64,000 nucleotides of DNA from Alloascoidea hylecoeti. Lineage: Eukaryota. The position numbers and the translations under genes were made by a program. The notes beneath the pieces were generated by a model that searched no databases, was not told the DNA's origin, and saw only the letters and a program-made list of their open reading frames with translations. Position 1 is the first letter of the stretch. Each line of letters starts with the position of its first letter. Below are positions 45,758 through 56,700 of this stretch, one piece after another. The DNA is taken from positions 62,001 to 126,000 of the forward strand of contig BCKZ01000014.1 in NCBI GenBank assembly GCA_001600815.1. Reading direction: 5' to 3'.

Positions 45758-47380
45758 ATGAATACAGAAGATAATGATTCAACGGCAACTGATGTTGCAA
45801 ACAAAGAAAACGTTAATTTCAACAATACAACACCATCTCAATTGAATGGTCAACCGTTAACCCTTCAAGATGTTTTACCAAAGTTAGATAAACCATGGTA
45901 TAAGTATCCGTACCTTTTAAAGCTTAACATGCTTTTACTTATACCAATGTTAACCTCTGCTACTACCGGTTATGATGGTTCTCTTTTGAACGGCTTGCAA
46001 TCCCTAGATATTTGGATGGATTATATGGGTAATCCATCTGGAACAACTCTTGGAGCGCTTACATCTGGTGTGACATTTGGTTTCTTCCTAACCTGTTGGT
46101 TTTCAACTTGGCTCTCCGATACACATGGCAGAAAAAGCTGTATATTATATGGTGCAATTATAATGATCATAGGAGTAGTAATTCAAACAGCAGCTAATGG
46201 TTATGCGTGTTTCATTGTTGGAAGAATTATCCTAGGTGGTGGAGTATTTTTATCTGGTATTGGATGTCCAACATTAATTACAGAAACCGTATATCCTGCA
46301 CAAAGGGAAATTATAACATCTATTTTCAATACAGTTTGGTGGTTAGGGGCTTTAATTGCCGCGTGGATAACTTTAGGTACCTATTTTATTAATAATTCAT
46401 GGTGTTGGAGGANTCCAGNTCTTNTACAAGNNGTTNCNNCNNTTATTCAATTAGTTTTTATACCATTTGTACCAGAATCTCCACGTTACTTAGTTGCAAA
46501 AAGTCGTATATCAGATGCTAGAAATGTCTTAAAGAAATATCANACTGGNNATGATNATTCTGAAGAAGCAANTACATTNATTGATTTTGAATTATATGAA
46601 ATTCAACAAGCAATTGAACTTGAAAAGTTACAAAAACAAGTAGGATTGAAAACATTCTTTAAAACTAGAGCAAATTTTCATAGATTTTTAATTTCTTTTT
46701 TNCTTCCAGTTATGATGCAACTTTCAGGTAATGCGCTTGTTAGTTACTATTTAGTAAAGGTTTTAAATTCTATTGGTATAACAACAAGTGTTACACAATT
46801 AGTAATTAATGGAGCATTAATGTGTTTTAATCAAGTTATTGCATTTTCCGCAACATTCCTTACAAATAAAGTAGATAGNCGTAAAATGTTTTTAGGTTGT
46901 TTAATGTCGATGATGGTTTGTTATCTAATTTGGACAGTTCTTTCAGCTTACAATCAAAAGAGAAATTTTGAGCAGAAATCTTTAGCTAATGGTGTTCTTG
47001 CTATGATTTTCTTATTTGATGCCTGTTATGATATAGCATTGAGTGGTTTACCATACTTATATTTAACAGAAATTTTACCTTATAATCTTAGATCCAAAGG
47101 TGTTCTTGTTTTTGTCTTCACAAGTCAAATAACTAGTATCTTCAATGGTTTTGTTAATCCTGTTGCAATGGATAGTATTGAATGGAAATATTATATAGTC
47201 TGGACTTGCTGGTTAGCTTTCGAGATTGTTATTGCGTACTTTCTTTTACCAGAAACAAGAGGTTATAGTTTAGAAGAGGTTGCCCAAGTATTTGGTGATG
47301 GAGTTAAAGACGAACATAGAGACTATCTTGACAAGAAGTTACAAGAAACTAAAAATGAAATTGAACATGTTGAGGTATAG
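45758..47380 (+). CDS. MFS sugar porter, LAC12/HXT2.x/CDT (lactose/cellodextrin permease) type, copy 2
   Basis: Same motifs as 14764-16386 and nearly identical to it after about aa 26; divergently transcribed from the GH5. Confidence 0.9.
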   Translation: MNTEDNDSTATDVANKENVNFNNTTPSQLNGQPLTLQDVLPKLDKPWYKYPYLLKLNMLLLIPMLTSATTGYDGSLLNGLQSLDIWMDYMGNPSGTTLGALTSGVTFGFFLTCWFSTWLSDTHGRKSCILYGAIIMIIGVVIQTAANGYACFIVGRIILGGGVFLSGIGCPTLITETVYPAQREIITSIFNTVWWLGALIAAWITLGTYFINNSWCWRXPXLXQXVXXXIQLVFIPFVPESPRYLVAKSRISDARNVLKKYXTXXDXSEEAXTXIDFELYEIQQAIELEKLQKQVGLKTFFKTRANFHRFLISFXLPVMMQLSGNALVSYYLVKVLNSIGITTSVTQLVINGALMCFNQVIAFSATFLTNKVDXRKMFLGCLMSMMVCYLIWTVLSAYNQKRNFEQKSLANGVLAMIFLFDACYDIALSGLPYLYLTEILPYNLRSKGVLVFVFTSQITSIFNGFVNPVAMDSIEWKYYIVWTCWLAFEIVIAYFLLPETRGYSLEEVAQVFGDGVKDEHRDYLDKKLQETKNEIEHVEV

Positions 47381-48229
47381 ATATTTATATTTGTTCACGA
47401 TATTATGAATAAGATAGATTTTAGAAACAATAAAACAAAAAATTGGGATTTTTTATTATAAATCTACATACTATAGCTGTAAGGTTATATATGCTCTTTA
47501 GGGGTTTCTTGTTTAACTGTGGGAGCCGTGCCATTCTAGGTATTAAAAGATTCCTACTAATATTTGTTGTGATCTGTTTCATTGCTTTCCCAGAAACTGT
47601 GTGGTAACGCTCTCGAATCTATATTGCTTCGTATTGGATTGGAGAGGCGGTAAACCATTCAATTTTACCAAAATTTGATTTCTACAACTAGCCTTACATT
47701 GTTGATTTGTATTGATTTTGAGAAATAGCATCGGGCATTTCTGTATCTGTCATATTTCAAGCTCTCAAAGTAGATAGTTTATTAATCAACAATAATAAAT
47801 TGGTTTTTTCAAAAATAGGGAGAAACAAATGTTTATATTATACTTAAACCAATCTATTTAAAAATATAAAATATAAATAGAAATCATATATAAATTCTTT
47901 AATATAGATATAAAACAAAAGAATTTATTAATATAAAGAGAGTTGAGCATATGTAATGTAATGCAAAATTTTTCTTTATTCTAATACATTAAGGATTTTG
48001 TTACACTTGTATTTGTCCTCAGTGTTTTGCAAGACATTCTCACAGATTTTATGATGAACAGTTGGAGAGGCTGGAATCGTGGAACGTCAAATATGAGTGG
48101 AAGATGACGCGCATGAGTTTCACTTAATTTCGTCCACTTGATGTACTATGCATACAGCAAATATTGCATTTTTTGTAATTGTGGACTTGCCATATTGGAC
48201 ATGCAAACCCGGGATGAGATACAAGCTTA

Positions 48230-48435
48230 AGTGATATCAAAGAGAAAACAAAAACTCTAACAAGAATGTCTATATGATCTGTTGGATATATGGCACACTT
48301 GAAGAGTTCACAATAAGTTAATTAGCTTTGTGGCGTAACGGCTAGATACAGGCATTTGATATATGATCTAAAACACAATAATCAGTAACTCAACCAAAAA
48401 TGAAGAACTTTCCTCAAACCCACATTATCACGAGA
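48230..48435 (+). repeat. Degenerate repeat family R2, fragment 3
   Basis: CAATAATCAGTAACTCAACCAAAAATGAAGAACT matches the reverse complement of about 21325-21365; TATCAAAGAGAAAAC..ACTCT..ATGTCT also matches. Confidence 0.6.
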
Positions 48436-48782
48436 AGAATTCCACCAAAATCTTCTCTATTCTTGAAGAAGGAGCTCGTTTATTAGCTATTGATTTTGTC
48501 CAAAAATGGGTGTGTACAAGTAGTTGTTGGACTCAGGGTGAATATGTATTGCATAGCTCTACTACTATTCTGCATAATATGCAATAAACTTTTGGCCATA
48601 TGAACTGGGAGTCTACAGTTCACTAAATACAATGCTAATTTAGACCACTTGTTGACCTATATTAGCCCACATTTGAATACAAATTTACTCGATTGCATAA
48701 AAACAAGGAGTAAAATTCGTAACCCTTTATAAGCTTTCATTTCTTCTCACTTGTAAAAAACAACCATTTAAACAATTAAAAA

Positions 48783-50156
48783 ATGTTCTTATACAAAAAT
48801 CTTGAGACAACAATCGATTTTTTTTCCGATCTCTTCCCTATGAAATATCTGAAATAATCTTCTTAGGTTTGCTACCAACAACTTTACTTAATTGTAGAGG
48901 TGTATCTAAATCATGGAAACAAATAGCTGAAAATGATGGTATATGGAAATCAAAGTTTCAAGATCAAAAATCATGGAAATGCTATAATGATGATTCAGAA
49001 ACTGATTCATAGTTAGAATTATACAAGGAACGTTATCCCTTAAATTTTAATTGGAAAAATGATAAATTCACAAAACATAATTTAAGTGGTCATTCTTCTA
49101 AAACATGTTGTTATAAATTTTATAAAAACTGGATTATAACTGGTTCAAAAGATTGTACAATAAGAATTTGGGATAATGAAACTTTTCAATGTTTAAGAGT
49201 GTTAGGAAATCTAAACCATGAGCTTTTTAGACCTCTAATATTAAACAACGGATTGTTAGAACTAATAGAAAAGAATGATACCACATTTCATTTCGATAGT
49301 GTTACACATATGGATATTAATGATAAATGTTTGGTTTCTGGTTCATTAGATGGCTCTTGGATAACTTGGAAATTACCAGATTTTAGACCGATAGATCGTC
49401 TGATATTACCATTACAAGGAAATATTTTGTGTATTCAAATGGTGTTGCTTTATACAATGAGTATATTATATGTTTTGGATATGAATTTATGGGGTTTTGG
49501 AAATCAAGCCTTGATAATTTGGAACATCGGTTACAATTTAATTTACAACTCGTTATAAAAGGAAAAGATGGGATAGATGGTATTCGCATTCACAATGGTA
49601 TTATATATGGTAGAGTAAATGATCAATACTTATGTTAGTAACTACAACACACTAACAGTTCTAGATTTACAAACAAATGAAACAATTACATTACCGAATG
49701 AAGTAACACATAAAGGACCAGTTCCATTATTTATAGTTAATAATAAGATGATTACTGTTAATCTGTATTGTACTATTACGATATTGAATAAAGAAGATCT
49801 AATATTATTTAAAGAATTTAAAAATTTAGAAGATAAATAATCAGTTTTATGGCCTGCTTCAGTTGATGGCGATTCAAAAAGATTAGCAACTTTTACTATG
49901 GATATGGTAATGTTGTTTATGATTTTACTAAAAATCTAAGGAAAAAATGTTTAAAACATTTATAATCTATTTAGGATTGAAATTTGAAAAAAAATATTGT
50001 TTGCTTAAAGGATTTTCAATTAGTACTATTAACCCTCCATTATTAGGAAACTGTGGCAAGTTTAATATTAATGTAACAAGGGATCATAATGGAAACCTAT
50101 TTTGTGTATTGATGAAGAATGAAGTTGTCGATATTGCTTTCCAACCTTATCGGTGA
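48783..50156 (+). pseudogene. F-box/WD40 pseudogene
   Basis: F-box LPYEISEIIF..LLNCRGVSKSWKQIA..IWK; WD40 repeats GHSS...IITGSKDCTIRIWD and LVSGSLDGSWITW. Frameshift near 48830, in-frame TAG at 49010, further frameshifts downstream. Confidence 0.8.
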
Positions 50157-51132
50157 TTGATTAAGATTGCCTTTCCTATTGGATCTCAATCTGGAAAGTG
50201 CTTCTAGATTTATGAATAAATTGATTCACTAGTGACGGTGTATGTGGCAAAGTTCTACTTGTTCACTAGAAATTATATTAGTGCAAGTTATAGCGCAGTC
50301 AGGAGATGCTAATAGGCTATATGATAAATGGCGAGCCCATCAATAATCATCGAGACAGACACTCTCATCAAAATCTAAGGCTCGTATCTACTTGAGGAGC
50401 ATCGGGCTTTTCCTATAGTACACCAAAAATAGTTATGTAAGGACAAAACAAAACTTTTACAGAATGATCCACCATGTATCATGATCATACAAAAATTACA
50501 AATTTTCAAGTGTATTTGAAATTAAAACTAAATACACAAAAATAAAAATGTAAGATACCATATTTTAAATCAAGAAAAAACATTTATCTTTCTCAATTTA
50601 AAATAAGCACTATTTTTTTTTTAAAAAAAAAACAGCAACAAATATCTTTAAATCATATAAATAAATATAATTTGTTTAATCTACCAACGCTCCGTTAAGA
50701 TAACATCTTGTAAGAATTCAAGAGTATCCTGCAATCCCATGAATTGCATCGCTGGGGTTTCAATCATCAATCTCAAATATCAATGAAACGAAAAATGAAA
50801 AATGAAAACTAAAAATCAAAATAAATAATATATGATAATCAACATCAATATTATAAATATAATGTTTGTTTAATTTATGTAAAAGTAAGCTATAATACTT
50901 GTATAAAAATTTATTGTTTTTTATTTTCAAATGTAAATTGATAGTTAGTAAATAAGATGGTGTTTGTTATTGTGATTGTGAATTGCAATTATGTTTAGAA
51001 ATTGTGTCATAAAACAAATTTAAAGCAAATCTAAAATAAATAAAAGATTAATGAGAGTGATAAATCTAATCAGTATCAAGATCAAAATCAGAATCAGAAT
51101 CAATATAAACAAATAGTTAAAACTTGACTAAC

Positions 51133-52449
51133 TTAATCAAATTGTCCCATTGCTAAATTATCAAACAATACAGAAATACTTTCACCATTATGATCTCTTC
51201 TTATACATTCAGCAAATATAGCAGAAACATCAATAACAGTAAGTTTCTTATATTTTTCTCTTTGTTCATGTGAAATGGGATAAGTATTTGTAACAACAAT
51301 ATGATCAATACATGAACTTTTACTTAATTCATCCAAACAATCTTCACTAAAAACGCCATGAGTAGCAACGACATAAACAGATTTAGCACCACAATTTAAT
51401 CTGCAATGTTCAGCAGCAGCAACGAAAGAACTAGGTCTAACGATCATATCATCCAGAATAATAACAGGTTTATCTCTGACATCACCAACCAACGTTATTA
51501 ATTTTTCTTCTTTATATTGATTTGGTGCTTCTTCTTCATCATCAGACATTGCATCAACAGATCCACCCCAAGCGGTTTCTTCCATTTTTGGATTTTCAGA
51601 ATCTTCCTTTTCAATGTCAATTGGATCACATTCACTTGATTCTGGAGTTGGATAAGTGTCCTCAACAACATGACCTTTAACGATTCTACCAGTTCTAATA
51701 TCACCAACAACAATATTACCATCCTCTTCAGGATCTTCATGAACAGTTGCGTTAAAACTTGCTCTTCTAGCAGCTTCAGCAGCTTTTTTTGCCACAGCGG
51801 CTTTATTTAAATCAACAGTTGTTGGGTAACTATTAAATAAATAATTGTCCTTTGTTCTTCTTCTATCAGTATGAATCATTGCAAAGTTAACTTTTAAAGA
51901 ATCAGCTAAAGCAGTAACTCTTTTCGTACCGCCTGGATTTTTAGAAACAACAACGGAATTTTTATAATCAGGAACATTATGACGAATCCAACTTGCTAAA
52001 GTAGGACCACCATATAAATTATCAACAGGTTTTGAGAAAAAGCCTTGCATTTGCGAAGCATGTAAATCCATTGATATAACATGATCAGCACCGGCCATGA
52101 TCAACAGATTCGCCAACATCCGAGCCGTAATAGCACCTCGGTGTTTTTTCATCTTACTTTGTTTTGAATAAGGAAAATGAGGTATAACGGCAGTAATTTT
52201 TGAAGCAGAACCGCTTCTAAAAGCAGAGATCAAAATTAATAATTCCATTATATGATCATTAACATTATTTGAACTTGATTGAACGACATAAATGTTTTCA
52301 TCTCTAACAGAAACACCGATTTGAACAGACGTTTCACCGTTTGAAAACTTTTTCAAGGTGCATGGAGAAGGTTGAACACCAAGTCGACTACATATTAACT
52401 GACCCAGTTCCGGATGAGAAGATCCGACAAAAACTTTGCATTGACGCAT
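51133..52449 (-). CDS. PRS5: Ribose-phosphate pyrophosphokinase, PRS5-type with non-homologous insertion
   Basis: Start MRQCKVFVGSSHPEL; FSNGET, YSKQSKMKKHRGAITARMLANLL, VVSKNPGGTKRVT, ILDDMI; long acidic insert. Confidence 0.88.
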   Translation of the reverse strand: MRQCKVFVGSSHPELGQLICSRLGVQPSPCTLKKFSNGETSVQIGVSVRDENIYVVQSSSNNVNDHIMELLILISAFRSGSASKITAVIPHFPYSKQSKMKKHRGAITARMLANLLIMAGADHVISMDLHASQMQGFFSKPVDNLYGGPTLASWIRHNVPDYKNSVVVSKNPGGTKRVTALADSLKVNFAMIHTDRRRTKDNYLFNSYPTTVDLNKAAVAKKAAEAARRASFNATVHEDPEEDGNIVVGDIRTGRIVKGHVVEDTYPTPESSECDPIDIEKEDSENPKMEETAWGGSVDAMSDDEEEAPNQYKEEKLITLVGDVRDKPVIILDDMIVRPSSFVAAAEHCRLNCGAKSVYVVATHGVFSEDCLDELSKSSCIDHIVVTNTYPISHEQREKYKKLTVIDVSAIFAECIRRDHNGESISVLFDNLAMGQFD

Positions 52450-52722
52450 TGCTCGTTCGTTGTGTTTGTATTTATATTTGTGTAAAATTAAAGTAGTTGG
52501 TAGATTTATTCCATGAATCAACAAATATAATAAATGTTTTTTTTTTCAGGTGAGATGAGCTTATTAGCTAAAGTGGAAAAAAAGATGTTGAGAGAATATT
52601 TATATGAAGAGAAACGTGATTGGTGACTTTTGATTGGTGGGATAATCCTAAACCTTCTAAATTTTTACTTCACCATCCAAAGGTGTTGGTGTAAAAATAG
52701 GACAAGTATATAAACTGAAATA

Positions 52723-53580
52723 ATGATACAATCCAAACGGAAGAGGATAATCCCTCAATCACAAACAAGTAATACTCTTAATACTGACGAAGACGTGATA
52801 ATATCACAAATATCCATTTTTGAACGATATAAAACAGAAATATCCTCTTCTCCGTTGTTTGAGTGTATCACCGACACAATTACTCTTCATATCACTACAA
52901 ACATTCAATGTCTTGCTATAGGTTTACCGTTCACAAGTACTCCTGCTTTATATCAGCTAGCGCTGTTGGACCTTATTGCCGAGAGACTCGGTGTGACTAA
53001 AGATAAGATATTGATCTGGGATCCTATTTTATCTTTGGATCACAATGATGAATTTGATGCAGTAGAACCAAAAGAAGTAGTATTAAATCAAATGGGTCTG
53101 GAAAAGTTAGGTTTTACGATATCTGAACCAACGACAACCGATCAACATTCTGATCAAGATATCAATATTAATCATGATACTTTCTATTTTTTACCGCATG
53201 CCCCGATGGATTTAACCGAGATTATATTAAGAAATAATCATCCCAAAATGTTACTAGGAAATAATGTTTTAGTCCATGCCCTACGGTTACCATCGGAAAA
53301 TTTTAAAATTAAATGTCCTTCTATGAATCAAGTTGTTAAAGTTGCACAACCTTCACTTAATTCTACCATCCCAACTGGAGAATTTAAATTTCAAACAGTA
53401 ACGAAAAAGAAGAAACGAAGGAATAGAAAAAAGAATAATATCGCAAATGTAGATGAACATAACGAAGATGTTAATTTTGTGAAATCGTGTATAATAACAG
53501 AATTACCGGATGAAACTAATAATATTGATTTTGCAAGAGCATTTTCTGATTTAGCATTTCACTTAATAGATTATATATAA
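52723..53580 (+). CDS. BER1: SRR1-domain protein (BER1-like)
   Basis: IQCLAIG..ALYQLALL..IWDP, FYFLPHAP and AFSDLAFH motifs. Confidence 0.7.
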   Translation: MIQSKRKRIIPQSQTSNTLNTDEDVIISQISIFERYKTEISSSPLFECITDTITLHITTNIQCLAIGLPFTSTPALYQLALLDLIAERLGVTKDKILIWDPILSLDHNDEFDAVEPKEVVLNQMGLEKLGFTISEPTTTDQHSDQDININHDTFYFLPHAPMDLTEIILRNNHPKMLLGNNVLVHALRLPSENFKIKCPSMNQVVKVAQPSLNSTIPTGEFKFQTVTKKKKRRNRKKNNIANVDEHNEDVNFVKSCIITELPDETNNIDFARAFSDLAFHLIDYI

Positions 53581-53768
53581 TCAACTAATGTATATTAATT
53601 TATATTTATTATTTATAATTATAAATCCACCTCTTGTAACTCTCAACGATATATTATAACAAAAATTATCTATATATACAAATCATCATTAAATTTAAAA
53701 ATTTAGCTATAACTATATCTTTAAAATCTATTCAAAAATAAAACATAATACTATCCATAATATTATAT

Positions 53769-56700
53769 TTATGATGATTCATATTTCTCCCAATTATCTA
53801 ATATTGATTTAATCTTTTCACTACCAGTTAAATCATAAACTTTTTGAAAATATTCTTTTGAAATTTCAAAAGGCTCAGCAGTTAAATTAGGAATATATTT
53901 ACCAATTAAATTAGCAGGTTTAACAGCAGTTTTTGGTACTTTTTTAACCAAGAAATTTTGGAATGGTTTAACACCACTTCTTAAATATGATGAATGGAAA
54001 GGAACTGAAATTCCTTTTAATGGAATAACTGCAAATCCTCTTTGTAAATCAATTGGTTGTTCTTTTTCTTCTGATTGTTTACTAACTTCAGAAACAATTT
54101 CATTTAGATGTTCTTTAACTTTTTCAATTGACATAATTTCTTGTAATTTAACAATATCAATTTTTTGAACTTTAAATAGATTTAAAACATTTGTTAATGT
54201 ATCTAAAGCTCTTAAATCACCAGCTGTAACATATTGTTGATCTTGAATATTATAATTAACAATTTCTAACAACCAACCAGTTTGTTGAGCAATATGGCTA
54301 ACAACAAATCTTAAAGCATCATCTCTAAAAGTAGAAGAAATTCTTGATGGATTAACAGCACACATACCATAATTTGATCTTCCTTGAGAATCTCTTGGAA
54401 CAGCAACTTGCATTGTCATACCACGATAAAATACAACATCAACAAGTGATTCAATTGGCATAACATCACCTAATGAAGCTAAAGCAGAATACTCACCTAA
54501 AGAGTGACCAGCAAATAAAGCATCTGAAGGAACTAAACCTTTTGATTTCATATCTTCAAATGATGCCTTTTCCATTAATGTTAAAGCAGGTTGTGTAAAT
54601 TGTGTAGCAGAAAGTAAACCAGTATTACTTTTAAAAGTGAAAAATGTAGTTGATTCAGTAATTTCTTTAAAAATCTTTTCACTTTTTAATTTACCATCTT
54701 TATCAATTGATTCAAACATCATTGATATATAATTTTCTCTAATTGCTTTACCTTTTGGTCCACCAAAATGAACAGTTAATTCTTTTGGATTATTTTTAAC
54801 AATATCAATAATTGAAAATCCATAACTTGCCAAGAAATGTCTATCAGCTCTATCCCAAACTGCTTTAGCTACTTCACTTGATTCATAAAGATCCATACCC
54901 ATACCTTGTTCTTGAGATCCTTGACCAGTGAAAACATAAGTAGAAGATGGTTGTTCAATTTCAGCTTCACCAGTTAAAACAATTGCTTCAGTATCTTTAT
55001 TTGTTGCAGAAACTTTAACAATTTTTCTACCATTAATCATACCAACATGTTCTAATTTAACTTCAATATTATCATAAGGTAAAACCATACCAATAAAATT
55101 ACAATTAAAAGCTCTTACTCTTGAAACAACATTATTTGCAGCAAATACTTCAACCAAAGATCTAACAGAAGCAGATGAATACATTCCATGAGTAATAGTT
55201 CCCTTTAAATCAGCATAAGCAGAAAAAACTCTTGAAACATGAATTGGATTATAATCACCAGAAACAATAGCATAAGGTTCATTTGAAGCAGGAGCTTTTA
55301 AAGTTAAACCATCTTCAGAAGAAGTTTTAAAAGGAATAGCATTTTCAAATAAAATTGGTTGTTCAATAACATTACCATTTCTTTTTAAATAATCAATAAC
55401 TGGATTACCATGAGATGTAGAAGCTTCATAATCAACAGTACCAATTTGAATAATTTCTTTTGAAGGTAATTCAACTAAAATTTGACCAGTTGTTGAAACT
55501 TCACTAAAAACATTATAATCTTTAAATCGAACAAATGATTCTAATCTAAAAGTTAAAGTTTGACCTAATAAATTAAAATCTTCATCATCAATTTGAAACC
55601 ATTGTTTTGATTTTAAAACAGCAACATCTTTTGCACTTGATAAAGTAATTTGCATTGGAGTTTCTTTACTTTTTTGAAAAGAATTTTCAAAATCAGTATA
55701 ATTTCCTCTATAATAAAAAGAAGAAGTAACTTCCAAAACAGGTTTATTATCTCTTGAAATAGTACCACAAACTTCAACAACTTTACCATTTGGTTGATTA
55801 ATAACAGCTCTAACTTCAGCACTTGAAGAAACAATATCACCATCTTTTAAAGGTTCAGCGCCAGGAACCATACTAAAACCATTTGATAAATGAACTAATT
55901 TTAATAAATCTCCATCAATGGTTTTTGGAAATAATGCTTTAATAATTGCTTTCCAACCAGCAACAATTGCAAAATCCATTGGAGCAAAAGTTTCTTTACC
56001 AGCTCTTGGAATATAAGCTTCACCACGATTACCAACAGCATGAACAAATTCAGCAATTTGTTGTTTTGTAATTTTAATCTTTTCACCAATAATTGGTTTA
56101 TTAACATTAATATTTAAATCAAATTTATCATCATTACCAAACCATAATTTCCAATAAAATTCTTTAATTCTATCATTTCTACTTTCCATAACTTCAACAA
56201 TTGGTGCATAACCAATTCTAGGTCTATAATTATAAAGAAGTTCCAAAGCAACAGGCTTATGATCAGCAGTTCTTGATTCAATTAATAATAATTGAATTTG
56301 TTCTTTATTAACTTTTTTAATTTCTAAAACTTTTGTTAATTTTTTATGTAATGGTTCTTCAGCAGTAATAATTAATTTGTTTAAATCATTAACATTTTTA
56401 AATGTAACTTTTAATCCATGAGTTGGTTTTAAAATTCTTCTAATTGGTGTTGGTTCTAATAAAGTATTTTGAACAATTAAATCAGTTGCAAAAAATGCAT
56501 GTCTCCAACTATATTTATCACCAGCTAATAAAGTAAACCAAGCATCATCAGAAGGTAAAGTTGAAGAATTATCAGAATCAATAGTATAAGTAACAGTATC
56601 ATGTTTTAAATCACTATAAATAGTAACAGAAGTAATATCAGATTGTGAAACTTGACGAATTGAAATTGGAGGTTTATGACCAAAATATTCAACAACAGGA

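Larger units (their letters stand above)
43525..47740 (+). repeat. Segmental duplication copy 2 (intact GH5-transporter unit)
   Basis: Inverted collinear homology to about 14440-18278; end points approximate. Confidence 0.85.
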
